A stretch of DNA of 64,000 bases from an uncultured delta proteobacterium (GTDB lineage: Bacteria; Bdellovibrionota; FAC87; UBA2466): assembly GCA_963778115.1 (NCBI GenBank), contig CAVZSV010000004.1:448001-512000 (forward strand), in the 5' to 3' direction. Below, piece after piece: positions 58,004 through 64,000 of the stretch; positions within the stretch are counted from its first letter, which is position 1; every line of letters starts with the position of its first letter. Position numbers and translations under genes: made by a program. The notes below the pieces were generated by a model that searched no databases, was not told the origin of the DNA, and saw only the letters and a list, made by a program, of their open reading frames with translations.

Positions 58004-58948
58004 TTATCTTCCTAAGGAGAATCCAACATGGAATCCCGCGTATCCTTTCACTTCGTTCATGGGGTCGGTTCCCAGAGGCAGTAAATAGACCACCTCCGCT
58101 CCAAGCACCGCAAAGGATCCTAGGAACAACTCGTATGCTCCCCTGACCGCGATTCCTTTTGCCGATCCCGAAAATCCATAGCCCGCTCCAAAATCAAAGG
58201 AATAAGCAAGGCCACTCAGTCCAAACCTCCCGTTAAAGGCCAGTGTGGGATCAATATCGATTAGAGTCGAAGGGCCTCCGGAAACCATGCCGATATCGAG
58301 GCCGCCTTTTCCAAAGCCGATGTCTTCCAAAAGGAGCACATTGGCCCCTGTCAGTACGGCAGTGCCTCCTCCATCAGAGCTTTTTGAAAGGTCCGTTCCC
58401 AGACCGAACAGTGCCAAAAACTGAACCGCGCTATCGGAAATATTCAAAGCGGGAATCGTAAAATGCTCCGCTTGAATGACTTGCCCTTGTGGATTCGAAT
58501 AGACCACGACTTGGGCTAGCAGATTTAGACTCGTTCGATAGAGATCTACGGTGATAAAGGCTTCGACAGGATATTTGCTGCCAATCTTTTTGAGCGTCTC
58601 CTGATCAGGAGCCCCTTTAGTGATGATGACTCTGTCGTCTTCTACCGTCAGCCTGGGAGATCGGCATTCGGAACACGATCTAACATTGGCAATTCGGCGT
58701 GCCGCCATTCCTTTTAGGATCTCGGCCTCTACCACGTCGCTAAAATCTTGTTCCAAAGGCAAATTGGAATGGACCGAAAAAATAGCCACCGATGCCGGCC
58801 GCGGTACGATCCTTGAATACCATTCAGAAATTTCATCCCCGACGGTAGCCGCCGCTTTAAATTCAGCTTCTTCGGGAGGGCGAGCGTAAGAGGAGAAGCT
58901 ACCGAAGACAGAAGTCAAAAGGAGTAGAGGTAAAATAAGTTTTTTCAT
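58004..58948 (-). CDS. Exported protein with N-terminal alpha/beta domain and C-terminal beta-barrel-like region
   Basis: Signal peptide; CSEC motif; Gly/aromatic strands ending GFHVGFSLGR. Confidence 0.75.
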   Translation of the reverse strand: MKKLILPLLLLTSVFGSFSSYARPPEEAEFKAAATVGDEISEWYSRIVPRPASVAIFSVHSNLPLEQDFSDVVEAEILKGMAARRIANVRSCSECRSPRLTVEDDRVIITKGAPDQETLKKIGSKYPVEAFITVDLYRTSLNLLAQVVVYSNPQGQVIQAEHFTIPALNISDSAVQFLALFGLGTDLSKSSDGGGTAVLTGANVLLLEDIGFGKGGLDIGMVSGGPSTLIDIDPTLAFNGRFGLSGLAYSFDFGAGYGFSGSAKGIAVRGAYELFLGSFAVLGAEVVYLLPLGTDPMNEVKGYAGFHVGFSLGR

Positions 58949-59008
58949 AGGGTCGCTTTAACTCGACGCATCACAAAACGACATTATTGACACTCACTAC
59001 CGATTTAC

Positions 59009-59035
59009 TTATCGGAATTTGTCGTTCGTTTCATA
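59009..59035 (-). promoter_or_regulatory. Possible sigma28 (FliA)-type promoter of the motor operon
   Basis: Minus strand TATG-N15-TCCGATAA versus consensus TAAA-N15-GCCGATAA. Confidence 0.4.
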
Positions 59036-59095
59036 AAGCGTACAAATTAGAGAAAAAGTGGGGGGATCTTTGGTTTGAGGTTATGATCAAAAAGT

Positions 59096-59821
59096 ATGCG
59101 AAAGGTCCGATATCTCGCAGTCCTTCTAGCCACTTTCGCGGGAACTGCATGGGCATTGCCTGAACGCGTCGGGTCGATCGATATCATGATGGGGCCGCCC
59201 CAGATAGTGGCGCTCGAAGCACAGGTCGTGCTCTGGAAACATTGGCAGGTTGGATTCGGTTACGGAATTATTCCTGGGGTTGGACCGGCGCTTAGCAACA
59301 TCATTAACATCCCTTCGGAGCAGTACACGATTCCAGGCGGATCGATCTACAAATTGGTTCCCTCAGCGACTTATGGACTGAGCTCGCTTTCGCCCTTTAT
59401 CCGCTTTTTTCCGCGCGATGATAATTTTTATATCCAACTGACCTACGGATTCTTGCGTGCGACCGCCGACGTAACGGCAACGCTTTCGCCGGTGAGTACC
59501 ACACTCCCCATTTCCGGTTCGCTCAGTGGAAACATTACCGTCCTCCAATCGGTACCGACCATAGCGGTGGGAAACCTTTGGATGAGTAAAGCCTTCTTTT
59601 TTAATTTAAGCCTTGGGGCCTCCTTCTTTTTTACCACTACCGCCAGCGTTACTTTGAGCGGCTTTGTTCCGGATGCAAGTAGTTCCACTAGTTCCAACCA
59701 AGCGGCCATCAATACCGTGACCACTCAGTTACAAAACTCCATCGTCCAGTCGGTAAACTCGGTCAAATCGCAGCTATTTCTCATCCCATCCATCAATTTC
59801 GCAATGGGTATTGTCCTTTAA
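59096..59821 (+). CDS. Predicted outer-membrane beta-barrel protein
   Basis: Signal peptide ending AWA; amphipathic strands; C-terminal PSINFAMGIVL. Confidence 0.7.
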   Translation: MRKVRYLAVLLATFAGTAWALPERVGSIDIMMGPPQIVALEAQVVLWKHWQVGFGYGIIPGVGPALSNIINIPSEQYTIPGGSIYKLVPSATYGLSSLSPFIRFFPRDDNFYIQLTYGFLRATADVTATLSPVSTTLPISGSLSGNITVLQSVPTIAVGNLWMSKAFFFNLSLGASFFFTTTASVTLSGFVPDASSSTSSNQAAINTVTTQLQNSIVQSVNSVKSQLFLIPSINFAMGIVL

Positions 59822-59895
59822 CCACTTTTTCGTCTTTCTCTAAAAAAGAGATCGCCAAACCCTCAAAAATAACTATCCTTCGGGGCGGAGAATTT

Positions 59896-60450
59896 ATGCC
59901 CCTTTCCCTTGACCTGCCAGACTCCAATGTCCGGCCGAAAGAATTATTCATCACTTTTTCCAAGATTGGCCTACAAGGCTTTGGGGGCTGTATGCCCTGG
60001 GTCTATGCCGAAATCGTGGAAAAAAGAAAATGGCTTAATCCCCAGGAGTTCGCTGAACTTTTGGCACTGGGACAGATTCTCCCGGGGGCTAACGTCACTA
60101 ATTTTTCCGCCATGCTGGGGTATCGATTTTGCGGATTTCGCGGCGCAATCGCGGCTTCTTTGGGGCTCTTTCTTTTTCCTCTGATCGTAGCCATTGGATT
60201 TGCCACTTTGTACGGCCACTATGGCCACCTCGAAGCCGTACAAGGGGCACTCAGGGGGGTGACCGCCGTTGCCTGCGGTCTTATTATCAGCACCGGCATC
60301 AAATTGGCGAAAGCCCAACCTCGTAGTCTTAAAGCGCTGGTCACGGGCCTTTTGGTATTGGTGGGAATAGGAATTTTTGCCTTTCCCTTACCCTGGGTGG
60401 TTTTCGTCTTAGCGCCTCTTAGCCTTCTTGCGGAGGCAAAGCTAAGATGA
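59896..60450 (+). CDS. chrA: Short-chain chromate transporter, subunit 1
   Basis: FSKIGLQGFGG, VEKRKWL, GQILPG. Confidence 0.93.
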   Translation: MPLSLDLPDSNVRPKELFITFSKIGLQGFGGCMPWVYAEIVEKRKWLNPQEFAELLALGQILPGANVTNFSAMLGYRFCGFRGAIAASLGLFLFPLIVAIGFATLYGHYGHLEAVQGALRGVTAVACGLIISTGIKLAKAQPRSLKALVTGLLVLVGIGIFAFPLPWVVFVLAPLSLLAEAKLR

Positions 60451-60965
60451 ATCTTCTATTGGTACTAGCATTGCACTTTCTTTTTCTGTCACTCATCGCG
60501 ATCGGCGGTGCGACAGCCGCCCTGCCTGAAATGCACCGGGTATTGGTAACACAATTGCATTTAATGGCAGACGACCAGTTCGCTCATCTCTTTGCCATTT
60601 CGCAAGCGACTCCAGGCCCCAACGTTATCTTTGTGGGTCTTTTCGGCTGGCAGACAGCGGGCCTTGCCGGAGCTTTGGTGAGCCTGTTTGCGATGTGCGG
60701 ACCGGCGAGCTTATTTGCTATTGGATTCGAGCGTTTTGGTTTCGGTCATAGAAACGATCATTGGTATGTCCTGATACGTCGGACGCTGACCCCCATAGCG
60801 ATTGGTCTGTTGCTCTCCTCCGCAGTTTTGTTGATGAAGACCGCGACTAAGCCTCTGGCACTATTCCTTACCCTACTCTCGGCAACCGTACTTCTTAGAA
60901 CGCGAATGAACCCGCTGTGGTTGATAGGCTTAGGAGCGGTGGTAGGCGTAATGGGATGGGTATAA
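60447..60965 (+). CDS. chrA: Short-chain chromate transporter, subunit 2
   Basis: LSLIAIGG, SQATPGPN; ATGA overlap with subunit 1. Confidence 0.93.
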   Translation: MNLLLVLALHFLFLSLIAIGGATAALPEMHRVLVTQLHLMADDQFAHLFAISQATPGPNVIFVGLFGWQTAGLAGALVSLFAMCGPASLFAIGFERFGFGHRNDHWYVLIRRTLTPIAIGLLLSSAVLLMKTATKPLALFLTLLSATVLLRTRMNPLWLIGLGAVVGVMGWV

Positions 60966-60996
60966 GAACAACTAAAATAGCAAAGGAGAAAGTTCC

Positions 60997-61386
60997 ATGA
61001 AGAATTATCTGCTGTCGATTTCCATTCTCTTATCGCTAGTCATCTCTACCCACTCTACTCAGGTTCTTAGCGAGCAAGCGACTCACTCCAAGAAAGAATT
61101 CTTGGGAAATATGGCCAAAGGGTTGAAAAATGATTTTTGTGCGCCCGATACTTTCTTTCGAAAGTGTTACTCGGTGTCCGAGAAAGAATGCATCAAAACG
61201 GCATCAACCATAGTGAAAGCCTGTATCCGCCAGGAAGGGCCCAAAGCGAACGAGGCGCTAACCGAGGCGGAAGCCGTTCAATTGGCGCATGCGATCCTAA
61301 AATGCGCCTCTCCTCGGTACGACACAACGATGAAAGAGAAGCGAAGTCATGCTCTGCATTGTGAAGATCCCTCCTATTGGAAATAG
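60997..61386 (+). CDS. Small secreted Cys-rich protein
   Basis: AAGGAG SD, signal peptide, six Cys. Confidence 0.75.
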   Translation: MKNYLLSISILLSLVISTHSTQVLSEQATHSKKEFLGNMAKGLKNDFCAPDTFFRKCYSVSEKECIKTASTIVKACIRQEGPKANEALTEAEAVQLAHAILKCASPRYDTTMKEKRSHALHCEDPSYWK

Positions 61387-61494
61387 GGCTATTACCTTTA
61401 CGAAAGCCTACAAGAAAGATTTGCTTATCTCCTAAGGCATCCCTATATTGGGCCCCGTTCAAAAAGGTTTGAACTGTGCTGAAAGAGGTGGAAA

Positions 61495-62049
61495 GTGGTT
61501 CTTCGCCAATTGACTGTTTTACTTGGATTAAGCGCATTAGCCGCATCTTCGTACGCCCTAGTCCCACCCTGGTACTATGACAGCTTGGTATTACAAAACA
61601 CGATAGGGAAAGGCCCTTGCGTTAGAGTCGGAGATCCTGATTTGGTGACCAATATCATCCCAGTTACCGCTTGCAGCGACGATGTAGGTAAAGCGCTTCT
61701 CTTTATTATGGGAAATACCAAACAGGTCAAAGTTATAAATCCCCAAGGACAAGAGATTGCTCCTTTTACCTATTCGCAAATTCCACAGACCATCGACTTC
61801 GTGGCGCAGCAGTTAGACATCGCGTTTAAGGACAATCCGCTATTCGTCCAGGTCCACTTGTTAGGAATTTTCAAGGGTACGAAAATCTCTTTGGAGGTCC
61901 AGCCCAAAATAATTCAGTTTCAAACCGACAATATCGAAGATCCCTTTCGTCATTCCACTTTCTTGGCCCAAGATCTGTTCGCAAAAGTTCTCAACGCCAA
62001 GTACTTCGATAAGATCGAGTTTCTAATGACCTCTTCGCCGTTAAACTAA
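61495..62049 (+). CDS. Secreted hypothetical protein
   Basis: GAGGTG SD, GTG start, signal ending SYA, then LVPPWY. Confidence 0.75.
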   Translation: MVLRQLTVLLGLSALAASSYALVPPWYYDSLVLQNTIGKGPCVRVGDPDLVTNIIPVTACSDDVGKALLFIMGNTKQVKVINPQGQEIAPFTYSQIPQTIDFVAQQLDIAFKDNPLFVQVHLLGIFKGTKISLEVQPKIIQFQTDNIEDPFRHSTFLAQDLFAKVLNAKYFDKIEFLMTSSPLN

Positions 62050-62055
62050 AACGCT

Positions 62056-62517
62056 CTACTGGCTCTCCAACCACTTCTTATCGAGGGTCTGAGAGGGATG
62101 GTAATAGACTTCAGAAAAAGCTCGGTCTTCAATCAAACGACCATTTAAAATATATAGCGTCCGGGGAGAAACCGAAGTGGTCTTAAAGTGAAGCACGATA
62201 GTCCCAGTCGCAATGGCTCCCGCGGAACCGGGCTCCGACGGCTGATGTAGCGCAAGCGCTCTTAAGATATCAGGGAGTTTCGCCCCTACGAACGTCTTTT
62301 GGAGCGGAGGTTCGTTCGAAGGCACAGCGGAATTGATTGAAATGGTCAGGGATTGCAGATCATTTACACTGAACTTTTGGTATCCATTATTAAACTTTAG
62401 AACAATGTCGTTACCGCTGATTCCACTGAGGATCGTGGCCGATGTATTCCTACTTCCACAGGCAGAGACTAAAGTGAACAAGACAAAACTAAACCACAAA
62501 AAGTCGATCCGCCTCAT
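62056..62517 (-). CDS. Hypothetical lipoprotein
   Basis: Lipobox VSAC; GGGGGA SD. Confidence 0.75.
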   Translation of the reverse strand: MRRIDFLWFSFVLFTLVSACGSRNTSATILSGISGNDIVLKFNNGYQKFSVNDLQSLTISINSAVPSNEPPLQKTFVGAKLPDILRALALHQPSEPGSAGAIATGTIVLHFKTTSVSPRTLYILNGRLIEDRAFSEVYYHPSQTLDKKWLESQ

Positions 62518-62583
62518 GAATTATCCCCCATTGCTATGAAGGAATAAAAGTAACACTTCAACAAGGATTAGTCGAAAGGAACA

Positions 62584-63375
62584 CTAGTCTAATTTACGAA
62601 CTCTTCGCAATGATTCTTCGGACGAAAGCGTTTCAAAACCGATAAGGGTCGTTAGGAAAAACATATTTTCTTCGTTGATTGCTCGCATCCAACCCCGAGT
62701 CCCCCCGTAACTACGGCTGGAGATATTAAACCTAAAGTCTTGTTTTATCTTTCGAGTCTCCGCCTCAGCTAGACGAATCTTGTCATAGAGATGCTCAATG
62801 TCATCTCGGCCTTCGGTAGACGACCACATATTAAGCTTAATAAGGACCTCTCCCCCGCGTTCTGGAAATAATTCTATATGGTAACTCGTGTTGTGGGGAA
62901 TATAGCGCTCTCCATGCCATGGTTTTCCCGACTCGTATCTCGATAGGTTCCACTTCGAAAATCGGGCCAACGTCGACCAGTAATCCGCTGCTCGGGGAAG
63001 CTCTTTGAAACAGAGCAAAAGTCCTGGTTCTATAATTAGCCCTAGTGCAATCTCTCGCCCATCACGGGAAACGATGCGGTTTGAGGCATCCTTTCCGCGG
63101 TAAAAGGGGATCGCGCGATACCTAGTATCGCTATCGGTCACAAGCCGCTTCCATACCGTGTTCACCTCTTCGTCTGTCAATCCATTAGGAACGTTGGGTA
63201 CAATCCCGCTGGCTCTAAGAATTCCCCTGATGCACTCGGCATAAATTCGTTTCGCAGACCAATCCCCGCTGTTAAAGCCGAACGCGGCTGGTGGAGTTAC
63301 CACGACAGCCCCGCACAGAAGTATCAGAGAAACAGTCGGACCTAACCTTAAGTAATTTTTCACTTTAGACAGCAT
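62584..63375 (-). CDS. Secreted hypothetical protein
   Basis: 263-aa ORF with signal-like N-terminus ending AFG. Confidence 0.65.
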   Translation of the reverse strand: MLSKVKNYLRLGPTVSLILLCGAVVVTPPAAFGFNSGDWSAKRIYAECIRGILRASGIVPNVPNGLTDEEVNTVWKRLVTDSDTRYRAIPFYRGKDASNRIVSRDGREIALGLIIEPGLLLCFKELPRAADYWSTLARFSKWNLSRYESGKPWHGERYIPHNTSYHIELFPERGGEVLIKLNMWSSTEGRDDIEHLYDKIRLAEAETRKIKQDFRFNISSRSYGGTRGWMRAINEENMFFLTTLIGFETLSSEESLRRVRKLD

Positions 63376-63490
63376 CGAGCCGAACCTTCTATCAGATCTC
63401 TTTCGATGATTGAACTAAAAACGATACCTTTCGATATTAGGGGCTGTTTATCGAGAGCAAATCGCTTACTCTCTGGCCCATGAGCCTTCT

Positions 63491-64000
63491 TTGTTAGCTA
63501 CCTCTACCGTCATCAACCGCACTCGGGAATGGATCGCTTCGATGGTTATTGGACTTAACCTTTGTCCTTTTGCGAGGAAGGTTTTCGAAGAAGATAAGAT
63601 TCGTTACGTCGTGACCGACGTCACGCAAAAGTCCTCATTGTTAGAGGTCCTTTCCTTAGAACTTACCTCTTTAGCAGCTATCCCCCGCTGGGAGACCGTC
63701 TTTGTAATTCATCCAGAAATTTTTCAAAACTTTATCGAATACAGTAGTTTTCTCCCCATCGTAGATCAAAAGATCAAAGACCTGGGGCTTCGAGGGACGA
63801 TCCAGATCGCAAGCTTTCATCCTCAATACCAATTCGGCGGATCAGAAAACGACGCCGCTGAGAACTACACCAATCGATCGCCCTTCCCCATGCTTCATTT
63901 GCTTCGAGAAGAAAGTATTTCCAAAGTAGCTGCGGATCCCCATGAACTTCTGGCGATTCCCCAAAGGAATATCGAAAGATTACGGGACTTGGGAGTGGAA
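63491..64000 (+). CDS. DUF1415 family protein (runs off the window)
   Basis: Not in the ORF track. Manual translation gives TREWIASMVIGLNLCPFA, QIASFHPQYQF, NYTNRSPFPMLHLLRE. Confidence 0.9.
   Translation, partial: MLATSTVINRTREWIASMVIGLNLCPFARKVFEEDKIRYVVTDVTQKSSLLEVLSLELTSLAAIPRWETVFVIHPEIFQNFIEYSSFLPIVDQKIKDLGLRGTIQIASFHPQYQFGGSENDAAENYTNRSPFPMLHLLREESISKVAADPHELLAIPQRNIERLRDLGVE

Noticed and set aside
2546..62539. Numerous 60-260 aa antisense or alternate-frame ORFs in the track
   Set aside because: They lie within well-supported genes and show no family motifs, so they are treated as shadow ORFs.

Overview
A gene-dense bacterial chromosomal segment, roughly balanced in GC, with no rRNA, tRNA, CRISPR array or recognisable transposase. 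The gene mix suggests, by inference only, a Bdellovibrionota-like deltaproteobacterium: pilM, several sigma54 promoters, many signal-peptide proteases, orphan beta-barrels and an HNH gene of a type common in Bdellovibrio and myxobacteria. Housekeeping genes (ssb, hemW, a CbpA-type J protein, an RlmD-like methyltransferase, a CoaC-like flavoprotein, purE, purK, gshB, uppP, oppA, dppA, exbB-exbD-tonB, a short-chain chrA pair) are interspersed with secreted hypothetical proteins. The top candidate for an undescribed system is a tightly coupled minus-strand operon at 52920-58948. It encodes an outer-membrane protein, an exported TPR protein, a single-chain FliF-ring-like/TM/FliG(M+C) rotor fusion, its own divergent MotA and MotB, and a membrane sensor with a degenerate CheA-type kinase domain. 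No other flagellar gene lies in the window, so this may be a stand-alone rotary motor. The second candidate is a ~260-nt non-coding RNA at ~13335-13596 (minus strand) with a sigma54 promoter, about a dozen CAAC-type motifs and a UUCG-loop terminator, resembling a protein-sponge sRNA. Other oddities include a signal-peptide-bearing SF2 helicase, a catalytically dead S9 peptidase, a G9-tract frameshift in an SH3/beta-barrel gene, an HNH gene bracketed by REP-like repeats, and a rhodanese gene with an in-frame TGA. All family calls come from motif recognition by eye; no searches were run.
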